From Auanema rhodensis (Eukaryota > Animalia > Nematoda), in assembly GCA_964057225.1 (NCBI GenBank), contig OZ059895.1, positions 1,984,001 to 2,048,000 of the forward strand: a DNA stretch of 64,000 nucleotides. Direction: 5' to 3'. Below are positions 26,901 through 39,100 of this stretch, in pieces. Under the pieces are notes generated by a model, which saw only the letters and a program-made list of their open reading frames with translations, had not been told where the DNA came from and made no database searches. A program made the translations under genes and the position numbers. Every line of letters starts with the position of its first letter. The stretch's first letter is position 1.

Positions 26901-29900
26901 AATGTTTTTGGAAGCAATGTTGAGTGTACATGGAAACTCAACATACACTAATGCATCATTTTTCAAACGATTATAACTAATTTTTGTATTAAGCTTTTCT
27001 CAATGTAGTATAGTGCATTCGATGCGGATTTTTAAGCTGCGTCGATCTGTGTTATCAGATTTGCGCTAGCTTAAAAATGCACCGAGATATCAACTGATAT
27101 AAGTTCACACTTATATCCTCGATTTTCACCCTGAAGAATTAATTTTTTCGTTGAATAACATTGTCCATCGTCTTTGCCTTGAAAAATGGAATCTAAAAAC
27201 ATCTACTTTTTGCTAAATTATTTTGAAATTTTTCGAAAAAATTTTTGTCAAAATGTTTTTGGAAGCAATGTTGAGTGTACATGGAAACTCAACATACACT
27301 AATGCATCATTTTTCAAACGATCATAACTAATTTTTGTATTAAGCGTTTCTCAATGTAGTATAGTGCATTCGATGCGGATTTTTAAGCTGCGTCGATCTG
27401 TGTTATCAGATTTGCGCTAGCTTAAAAATGCACCGAGATATCAACTGATATAAGTTCACACTTATATCCTCGATTTTCACCCTGAAGAATTAATTTTTTC
27501 GTTGAATAACATTGTCCATCGTCTTTGCCTTGAAAAAAGGAATCTAAAAACATCTACTTTTTGCTAAATTATTTTGAAATTTTTCGAAAAAATTTTTGTC
27601 AAAATGTTTTTGGAAGCAATGTTGAGTGTACATGGAAACTCAACATACACTAATGCATCATTTTTCAAACGATCATAACTAATTTTTGTATTAAGCGTTT
27701 CTCAATGTAGTATAGTGCATTCGATGCGGATTTTTAAGCTGCGTCGATCTGTGTTATCAGATTTGCGCTAGCTTAAAAATGCACCGAGATATCAACTGAT
27801 ATAAGTTCACACTTATATCCTCGATTTTCACCCTGAAGAATTAATTTTTTCGTTGAATAACATCGTCCATCGTCTTTGCCTTGAAAAATGGAATCTAAAA
27901 ACATCTACTTTTTGCTAAATTATTTTGAAATTTTTCGAAAAAATTTTTGTCAAAATGTTTTTGGAAGCAATGTTGAGTGTACATGGAAACTCAACATACA
28001 CTAATGCATCATTTTTCAAACGATCATAACTAATTTTTGTATTAAGCGTTTCTCAATGTAGTATAGTGCATTCGATGCGGATTTTTAAGCTGCGTCGATC
28101 TGTGTTATCAGATTTGCGCTAGCTTAAAAATGCACCGAGATATCAACTGATATAAGTTCACACTTATATCCTCGATTTTCACCCTGAAGAATTAATTTTT
28201 TCGTTGAATAACATTGTCCATCGTCTTTGCCTTGAAAAATGGAATCTAAAAACATCTACTTTTTGCTAAATTATTTTGAAATTTTTCGAAAAAATTTTTG
28301 TCAAAATGTTTTTGGAAGCAATGTTGAGTGTACATGGAAACTCAACATACACTAATGCATCATTTTTCAAACGATCATAACTAATTTTTGTATTAAGCGT
28401 TTCTCAATGTAGTATAGTGCATTCGATGCGGATTTTTAAGCTGCGTCGATCTGTGTTATCAGATTTGCGCTAGCTTAAAAATGCACCGAGATATCAACTG
28501 ATATAAGTTCACACTTATATCCTCGATTTTCACCCTGAAGAATTAATTTTTTCGTTGAATAACATTGTCCATCGTCTTTGCCTTGAAAAAAGGAATCTAA
28601 AAACATCTACTTTTTGCTAAATTATTTTGAAATTTTTCGAAAAAATTTTTGTCAAAATGTTTTTGGAAGCAATGTTGAGTGTACATGGAAACTCAACATA
28701 CACTAATGCATCATTTTTCAAACGATCATAACTAATTTTTGTATTAAGCGTTTCTCAATGTAGTATAGTGCATTCGATGCGGATTTTTAAGCTGCGTCGA
28801 TCTGTGTTATCAGATTTGCGCTAGCTTAAAAATGCACCGAGATATCAACTGATATAAGTTCACACTTATATCCTCGATTTTCACCCTGAAGAATTAATTT
28901 TTTCGTTGAATAACATTGTCCATCGTCTTTGCCTTGAAAAATGGAATCTAAAAACATCTACTTTTTGCTAAATTATTTTGAAATTTTTCGAAAAAATTTT
29001 TGTCAAAATGTTTTTGGAAGCAATGTTGAGTGTACATGGAAACTCAACATACACTAATGCATCATTTTTCAAACGATCATAACTAATTTTTGTATTAAGC
29101 GTTTCTCAATGTAGTATAGTGCATTCGATGCGGATTTTTAAGCTGCGTCGATCTGTGTTATCAGATTTGCGCTAGCTTAAAAATGCACCGAGATATCAAC
29201 TGATATAAGTTCACACTTATATCCTCGATTTTCACCCTGAAGAATTAATTTTTTCGTTGAATAACATTGTCCATCGTCTTTGCCTTGAAAAAAGGAATCT
29301 AAAAACATCTACTTTTTGCTAAATTATTTTGAAATTTTTCGAAAAAATTTTTGTCAAAATGTTTTTGGAAGCAATGTTGAGTGTACATGGAAACTCAACA
29401 TACACTAATGCATCATTTTTCAAACGATCATAACTAATTTTTGTATTAAGCGTTTCTCAATGTAGTATAGTGCATTCGATGCGGATTTTTAAGCTGCGTC
29501 GATCTGTGTTATCAGATTTGCGCTAGCTTAAAAATGCACCGAGATATCAACTGATATAAGTTCACACTTATATCCTCGATTTTCACCCTGAAGAATTAAT
29601 TTTTTCGTTGAATAACATTGTCCATCGTCTTTGCCTTGAAAAATGGAATCTAAAAACATCTACTTTTTGCTAAATTATTTTGAAATTTTTCGAAAAAATT
29701 TTTGTCAAAATGTTTTTGGAAGCAATGTTGAGTGTACATGGAAACTCAACATACACTAATGCATCATTTTTCAAACGATCATAACTAATTTTTGTATTAA
29801 GCGTTTCTCAATGTAGTATAGTGCATTCGATGCGGATTTTTAAGCTGCGTCGATCTGTGTTATCAGATTTGCGCTAGCTTAAAAATGCACCGAGATATCA

Positions 29901-32642
29901 ACTGTTATAAGTTCACACTTATATCCTCGATTTTCACCCTGAAGAATTAATTTTTTCGTTGAATAACATCGTCCATCGTCTTTGCCTTGAAAAATGGAAT
30001 CTAAAAACATCTACTTTTTGCTAAATTATTTTGAAATTTTTCGAAAAAATTTTTGTCAAAATGTTTTTGGAAGCAATGTTGAGTGTACATGGAAACTCAA
30101 CATACACTAATGCATCATTTTTCAAACGATCATAACTAATTTTTGTATTAAGCGTTTCTCAATGTAGTATAGTGCATTCGATGCGGATTTTTAAGCTGCG
30201 TCGATCTGTGTTATCAGATTTGCGCTAGCTTAAAAATGCACCGAGATATCAACTGATATAAGTTCACACTTATATCCTCGATTTTCACCCTGAAGAATTA
30301 ATTTTTTCGTTGAATAACATTGTCCATCGTCTTTGCCTTGAAAAAAGGAATCTAAAAACATCTACTTTTTGCTAAATTATTCTGAAATTTTTCGAAAAAA
30401 TTTTTGTCAAAATGTTTTTGGAAGCAATGTTGAGTGTACATGGAAACTCAACATACACTAATGCATCATTTTTCAAACGATCATAACTAATTTTTGTATT
30501 AAGCGTTTCTCAATGTAGTATAGTGCATTCGATGCGGATTTTTAAGCTGCGTCGATCTGTGTTATCAGATTTGCGCTAGCTTAAAAATGCACCGAGATAT
30601 CAACTGATATAAGTTCACACTTATATCCTCGATTTTCACCCTGAAGAATTAATTTTTTCGTTGAATAACATCGTCCATCGTCTTTGCCTTGAAAAATGGA
30701 ATCTAAAAACATCTACTTTTTGCTAAATTATTTTGAAATTTTTCGAAAAAATTTTTGTCAAAATGTTTTTGGAAGCAATGTTGAGTGTACATGGAAACTC
30801 AACATACACTAATGCATCATTTTTCAAACGATCATAACTAATTTTTGTATTAAGCGTTTCTCAATGTAGTATAGTGCATTCGATGCGGATTTTTAAGCTG
30901 CGTCGATCTGTGTTATCAGATTTGCGCTAGCTTAAAAATGCACCGAGATATCAACTGATATAAGTTCACACTTATATCCTCGATTTTCACCCTGAAGAAT
31001 TAATTTTTTCGTTGAATAACATTGTCCATCGTCTTTGCCTTGAAAAAAGGAATCTAAAAACATCTACTTTTTGCTAAATTATTTCGAAATTTTTCGAAAA
31101 AATTTTTGTCAAAATGTTTTTGGAAGCAATGTTGAGTGTACATGGAAACTCAACATACACTAATGCATCATTTTTCAAACGATTATAACTAATTTTTGTA
31201 TTAAGCTTTTCTCAATGTAGTATAGTGCATTCGATGCGGATTTTTAAGCTGCGTCGATCTGTGTTATCAGATTTGCGCTAGCTTAAAAATGCACCGAGAT
31301 ATCAACTGATATAAGTTCACACTTATATCCTCGATTTTCACCCTGAAGAATTAATTTTTTCGTTGAATAACATTGTCCATCGTCTTTGCCTTGAAAAATG
31401 GAATCTAAAAACATCTACTTTTTGCTAAATTATTTTGAAATTTTTCGAAAAAATTTTTGTCAAAATGTTTTTGGAAGCAATGTTGAGTGTACATGGAAAC
31501 TCAACATACACTAATGCATCATTTTTCAAACGATCATAACTAATTTTTGTATTAAGCTTTTCTCAATGTAGTATAGTGCATTCGATGCGGATTTTTAAGC
31601 TGCGTCGATCTGTGTTATCAGATTTGCGCTAGCTTAAAAATGCACCGAGATATCAACTGATATAAGTTCACACTTATATCCTCGATTTTCACCCTGAAGA
31701 ATTAATTTTTTCGTTGAATAACATCGTCCATCGTCTTTGCCTTGAAAAATGGAATCTAAAAACATCTACTTTTTGCTAAATTATTTTGAAATTTTTCGAA
31801 AAAATTTTTGTCATAATGTTTTTGGAAGCAATGTTGAGTGTACATGGAAACTCAACATACACTAATGCATCATTTTTCAAACGATTATAACTAATTTTTG
31901 TATTAAGCTTTTCTCAATGTAGTATAGTGCATTCGATGCGGATTTTTAAGCTGCGTCGATCTGTGTTATCAGATTTGCGCTAGCTTAAAAATGCACCGAG
32001 ATATCAACTGATATAAGTTCACACTTATATCCTCGATTTTCACCCTGAAGAATTAATTTTTTCGTTGAATAACATTGTCCATCGTCTTTGCCTTGAAAAA
32101 TGGAATCTAAAAACATCTACTTTTTGCTAAATTATTTTGAAATTTTTCGAAAAAATTTTTGTCAAAATGTTTTTGGAAGCAATGTTGAGTGTACATGGAA
32201 ACTCAACATACACTAATGCATCATTTTTCAAACGATCATAACTAATTTTTGTATTAAGCGTTTCTCAATGTAGTATAGTGCATTCGATGCGGATTTTTAA
32301 GCTGCGTCGATCTGTGTTATCAGATTTGCGCTAGCTTAAAAATGCACCGAGATATCAACTGATATAAGTTCACACTTATATCCTCGATTTTCACCCTGAA
32401 GAATTAATTTTTTCGTTGAATAACATTGTCCATCGTCTTTGCCTTGGAAAAAGGAATCTAAAAACATCTACTTTTTGCTAAATTATTTTGAAATTTTTCG
32501 AAAAAATTTTTGTCAAAATGTTTTTGGAAGCAATGTTGAGTGTACATGGAAACTCAACATACACTAATGCATCATTTTTCAAACGATCATAACTAATTTT
32601 TGTATTAAGCGTTTCTCAATGTAGTATAGTGCATTCGATGCG

Positions 32643-35600
32643 GATTTTTAAGCTGCGTCGATCTGTGTTATCAGATTTGCGCTAGCTTAAAAATGCACCG
32701 AGATATCAACTGATATAAGTTCACACTTATATCCTCGATTTTCACCCTGAAGAATTAATTTTTTCGTTGAATAACATTGTCCATCGTCTTTGCCTTGAAA
32801 AATGGAATCTAAAAACATCTACTTTTTGCTAAATTATTTTGAAATTTTTCGAAAAAATTTTTGTCAAAATGTTTTTGGAAGCAATGTTGAGTGTACATGG
32901 AAACTCAACATACACTAATGCATCATTTTTCAAACGATCATAACTAATTTTTGTATTAAGCGTTTCTCAATGTAGTATAGTGCATTCGATGCGGATTTTT
33001 AAGCTGCGTCGATCTGTGTTATCAGATTTGCGCTAGCTTAAAAATGCACCGAGATATCAACTGTTATAAGTTCACACTTATATCCTCGATTTTCACCCTG
33101 AAGAATTAATTTTTTCGTTGAATAACATCGTCCATCGTCTTTGCCTTGAAAAATGGAATCTAAAAACATCTACTTTTTGCTAAATTATTTTGAAATTTTT
33201 CGAAAAAATTTTTGTCAAAATGTTTTTGGAAGCAATGTTGAGTGTACATGGAAACTCAACATACACTAATGCATCATTTTTCAAACGATCATAACTAATT
33301 TTTGTATTAAGCGTTTCTCAATGTAGTATAGTGCATTCGATGCGGATTTTTAAGCTGCGTCGATCTGTGTTATCAGATTTGCGCTAGCTTAAAAATGCAC
33401 CGAGATATCAACTGTTATAAGTTCACACTTATATCCTCGATTTTCACCCTGAAGAATTAATTTTTTCGTTGAATAACATCGTCCATCGTCTTTGCCTTGA
33501 AAAATGGAATCTAAAAACATCTACTTTTTGCTAAATTATTTTGAAATTTTTCGAAAAAATTTTTGTCAAAATGTTTTTGGAAGCAATGTTGAGTGTACAT
33601 GGAAACTCAACATACACTAATGCATCATTTTTCAAACGATCATAACTAATTTTTGTATTAAGCGTTTCTCAATGTAGTATAGTGCATTCGATGCGGATTT
33701 TTAAGCTGCGTCGATCTGTGTTATCAGATTTGCGCTAGCTTAAAAATGCACCGAGATATCAACTGATATAAGTTCACACATATATCCTCGATTTTCACCC
33801 TGAAGAATTAATTTTTTCGTTGAATAACATTGTCCATCGTCTTTGCCTTGAAAAAAGGAATCTAAAAACATCTACTTTTTGCTAAATTATTTTGAAATTT
33901 TTCGAAAAAATTTTTGTCAAAATGTTTTTGGAAGCAATGTTGAGTGTACATGGAAACTCAACATACACTAATGCATCATTTTTCAAACGATCATAACTAA
34001 TTTTTGTATTAAGCGTTTCTCAATGTAGTATAGTGCATTCGATGCGGATTTTTAAGCTGCGTCGATCTGTGTTATCAGATTTGCGCTAGCTTAAAAATGC
34101 ACCGAGATATCAACTGATATAAGTTCACACTTATATCCTCGATTTTCACCCTGAAGAATTAATTTTTTCGTTGAATAACATCGTCCATCGTCTTTGCCTT
34201 GAAAAATGGAATCTAAAAACATCTACTTTTTGCTAAATTATTTTGAAATTTTTCGAAAAAATTTTTGTCAAAATGTTTTTGGAAGCAATGTTGAGTGTAC
34301 ATGGAAACTCAACATACACTAATGCATCATTTTTCAAACGATCATAACTAATTTTTGTATTAAGCTTTTCTCAATGTAGTATAGTGCATTCGATGCGGAT
34401 TTTTAAGCTGCGTCGATCTGTGTTATCAGATTTGCGCTAGCTTAAAAATGCACCGAGATATCAACTGATATAAGTTCACACTTATATCCTCGATTTTCAC
34501 CCTGAAGAATTAATTTTTTCGTTGAATAACATTGTCCATCGTCTTTGCCTTGAAAAATGGAATATAAAAACATCTACTTTTTGCTAAATTATTTTGAAAT
34601 TTTTCGAAAAAATTTTTGTCAAAATGTTTTTGGAAGCAATGTTGAGTGTACATGGAAACTCAACATACACTAATGCATCATTTTTCAAACGATCATAACT
34701 AATTTTTGTATTAAGCGTTTCTCAATGTAGTATAGTGCATTCGATGCGGATTTTTAAGCTGCGTCGATCTGTGTTATCAGATTTGCGCTAGCTTAAAAAT
34801 GCACCGAGATATCAACTGTTATAAGTTCACACTTATATCCTCGATTTTCACCCTGAAGAATTAATTTTTTCGTTGAATAACATCGTCCATCGTCTTTGCC
34901 TTGAAAAATGGAATCTAAAAACATCTACTTTTTGCTAAATTATTTTGAAATTTTTCGAAAAAATTTTTGTCAAAATGTTTTTGGAAGCAATGTTGAGTGT
35001 ACATGGAAACTCAACATACACTAATGCATCATTTTTCAAACGATCATAACTAATTTTTGTATTAAGCGTTTCTCAATGTAGTATAGTGCATTCGATGCGG
35101 ATTTTTAAGCTGCGTCGATCTGTGTTATCAGATTTGCGCTAGCTTAAAAATGCACCGAGATATCAACTGTTATAAGTTCACACTTATATCCTCGATTTTC
35201 ACCCTGAAGAATTAATTTTTTCGTTGAATAACATCGTCCATCGTCTTTGCCTTGAAAAATGGAATCTAAAAACATCTACTTTTTGCTAAATTATTTTGAA
35301 ATTTTTCGAAAAAATTTTTGTCAAAATGTTTTTGGAAGCAATGTTGAGTGTACATGGAAACTCAACATACACTAATGCATCATTTTTCAAACGATCATAA
35401 CTAATTTTTGTATTAAGCGTTTCTCAATGTAGTATAGTGCATTCGATGCGGATTTTTAAGCTGCGTCGATCTGTGTTATCAGATTTGCGCTAGCTTAAAA
35501 ATGCACCGAGATATCAACTGATATAAGTTCACACATATATCCTCGATTTTCACCCTGAAGAATTAATTTTTTCGTTGAATAACATTGTCCATCGTCTTTG

Positions 35601-36100
35601 CCTTGAAAAAAGGAATCTAAAAACATCTACTTTTTGCTAAATTATTTTGAAATTTTTCGAAAAAATTTTTGTCAAAATGTTTTTGGAAGCAATGTTGAGT
35701 GTACATGGAAACTCAACATACACTAATGCATCATTTTTCAAACGATCATAACTAATTTTTGTATTAAGCGTTTCTCAATGTAGTATAGTGCATTCGATGC
35801 GGATTTTTAAGCTGCGTCGATCTGTGTTATCAGATTTGCGCTAGCTTACAAATGCACCGAGATATCAACTGATATAAGTTCACACTTATATCCTCGATTT
35901 TCACCCTGAAGAATTAATTTTTTCGTTGAATAACATCGTCCATCGTCTTTGCCTTGAAAAATGGAATCTAAAAACATCTACTTTTTGCTAAATTATTTTG
36001 AAATTTTTCGAAAAAATTTTTGTCAAAATGTTTTTGGAAGCAATGTTGAGTGTACATGGAAACTCAACATACACTAATGCATCATTTTTCAAACGATCAT
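32643..36100. repeat. Tandem duplication of a 5-monomer unit (1755 bp); ends approximate
   Basis: m71T at 33064+33415 and 34819+35170; m85A at 33780 and 35535; all offset by 1755. Confidence 0.85.
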
Positions 36101-39100
36101 AACTAATTTTTGTATTAAGCGTTTCTCAATGTAGTATAGTGCATTCGATGCGGATTTTTAAGCTGCGTCGATCTGTGTTATCAGATTTGCGCTAGCTTAA
36201 AAATGCACCGAGATATCAACTGATATAAGTTCACACTTATATCCTCGATTTTCACCCTGAAGAATTAATTTTTTCGTTGAATAACATTGTCCATCGTCTT
36301 TGCCTTGAAAAAAGGAATCTAAAAACATCTACTTTTTGCTAAATTATTTTGAAATTTTTCGAAAAAATTTTTGTCAAAATGTTTTTGGAAGCAATGTTGA
36401 GTGTACATGGAAACTCAACATACACTAATGCATCATTTTTCAAACGATCATAACTAATTTTTGTATTAAGCGTTTTTCAATGTAGTATAGTGCATTCGAT
36501 GCGGATTTTTAAGCTGCGTCGATCTGTGTTATCAGATTTGCGCTAGCTTAACAATGCACCGAGATATCAACTGATATAAGTTCACACTTATATCCTCGAT
36601 TTTCACCCTGAAGAATTAATTTTTTCGTTGAATAACATTGTCCATCGTCTTTGCCTTGAAAAATGGAATCTAAAAACATCTACTTTTTGCTAAATTATTT
36701 TGAAATTTTTCGAAAAAATTTTTGTCAAAATGTTTTTGGAAGCAATGTTGAGTGTACATGGAAACTCAACATACACTAATGCATCATTTTTCAAACGATT
36801 ATAACTAATTTTTGTATTAAGCTTTTCTCAATGTAGTATAGTGCATTCGATGCGGATTTTTAAGCTGCGTCGATCTGTGTTATCAGATTTGCGCTAGCTT
36901 AAAAATGCACCGAGATATCAACTGATATAAGTTCACACTTATATCCTCGATTTTCACCCTGAAGAATTAATTTTTTCGTTGAATAACATTGTCCATCGTC
37001 TTTGCCTTGAAAAATGGAATCTAAAAACATCTACTTTTTGCTAAATTATTTTGAAATTTTTCGAAAAAATTTTTGTCAAAATGTTTTTGGAAGCAATGTT
37101 GAGTGTACATGGAAACTCAACATACACTAATGCATCATTTTTCAAACGATCATAACTAATTTTTGTATTAAGCTTTTCTCAATGTAGTATAGTGCATTCG
37201 ATGCGGATTTTTAAGCTGCGTCGATCTGTGTTATCAGATTTGCGCTAGCTTAAAAATGCACCGAGATATCAACTGATATAAGTTTACACTTATATCCTCG
37301 ATTTTCACCCTGAAGAATTAATTTTTTCGTTGAATAACATCGTCCATCGTCTTTGCCTTGAAAAATGGAATCTAAAAACATCTACTTTTTGCTAAATTAT
37401 TTTGAAATTTTTCGAAAAAATTTTTGTCAAAATGTTTTTGGAAGCAATGTTGAGTGTACGTGGAAACTCAACATACACTAATGCATCATGTTTCAAACGA
37501 TCATAACTAATTTTTGTATTAAGCTTTTCTCAATGTAGTATAGTGCATTCGATGCGGATTTTTAAGCTGCGTCGATCTGTGTTATCAGATTTGCGCTAGC
37601 TTAAAAATGCACCGAGATATCAACTGATATAAGTTCACACTTATATCCTCGATTTTCACCCTGAAGAATTAATTTTTTCGTTGAATAACATTGTCCATCG
37701 TCTTTGCCTTGAAAAAAGGAATCTAAAAACATCTACTTTTTGCTAAATTATTTTGAAATTTTTCGAAAAAATTTTTGTCAAAATGTTTTTGGAAGCAATG
37801 TTGAGTGTACATGGAAACTCAACATACACTAATGCATCATTTTTCAAACGATCATAACTAATTTTTGTATTAAGCGTTTCTTAATGTAGTATAGTGCATT
37901 CGATGCGGATTTTTAAGCTGCGTCGATCTGTGTTATCAGATTTGCGCTAGCTTAAAAATGCACCGAGATATCAACTGATATAAGTTCACACTTATATCCT
38001 CGATTTTCACCCTGAAGAATTAATTTTTTCGTTGAATAACATTGTCCATCGTCTTTGCCTTGAAAAATGGAATCTAAAAACATCTACTTTTTGCTAAATT
38101 ATTTTGAAATTTTTCGAAAAAATTTTTGTCAAAATGTTTTTGGAAGCAATGTTGAGTGTACATGGAAACTCAACATACACTAATGCATCATTTTTCAAAC
38201 GATTATAACTAATTTTTGTATTAAGCTTTTCTCAATGTAGTATAGTGCATTCGATGCGGATTTTTAAGCTGCGTCGATCTGTGTTATCAGATTTGCGCTA
38301 GCTTAAAAATGCACCGAGATATCAACTGATATAAGTTCACACTTATATCCTCGATTTTCACCCTGAAGAATTAATTTTTTCGTTGAATAACATTGTCCAT
38401 CGTCTTTGCCTTGAAAAATGGAATCTAAAAACATCTACTTTTTGCCAAATTATTTTGAAATTTTTCGAAAAAATTTTTGTCAAAATGTTTTTGGAAGCAA
38501 TGTTGAGTGTACATGGAAACTCAACATACACTAATGCATCATTTTTCAAACGATCATAACTAATTTTTGTATTGAGCTTTTCTCAATGTAGTATAGTGCA
38601 TTCGATGCGGATTTTTAAGCTGCGTCGATCTGTGTTATCAGATTTGCGCTAGCTTAAAAATGCACCGAGATATCAACTGATATAAGTTTACACTTATATC
38701 CTCGATTTTCACCCTGAAGAATTAATTTTTTCGTTGAATAACATCGTCCATCGTCTTTGCCTTGAAAAATGGAATCTAAAAACATCTACTTTTTGCTAAA
38801 TTATTTTGAAATTTTTCGAAAAAATTTTTGTCAAAATGTTTTTGGAAGCAATGTTGAGTGTACATGGAAACTCAACATACACTAATGCATCATTTTTCAA
38901 ACGATCATAACTAATTTTTGTATTAAGCTTTTCTCAATGTAGTATAGTGCATTCGATGCGGATTTTTAAGCTGCGTCGATCTGTGTTATCAGATTTGCGC
39001 TAGCTTAACAATGCACCGAGATATCAACTGATATAAGTTCACACTTATATCCTCGATTTTCACCCTGAAGAATTAATTTTTTCGTTGAATAACATTGTCC

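Larger units (their letters stand above)
1..38960. repeat. Left array sub-domain (monomers 1-111), polymorphic for m161 A/T and m320 G/T
   Basis: AAAAAAGG and AAGCGTTT alleles are frequent throughout; m163A was not seen here. Confidence 0.8.

Noticed and set aside
38358-38549. 63-aa ORF on the - strand
   Set aside because: A private T>C at 38446 turns minus-strand TAG into TGG in one monomer; this is chance read-through of satellite sequence.
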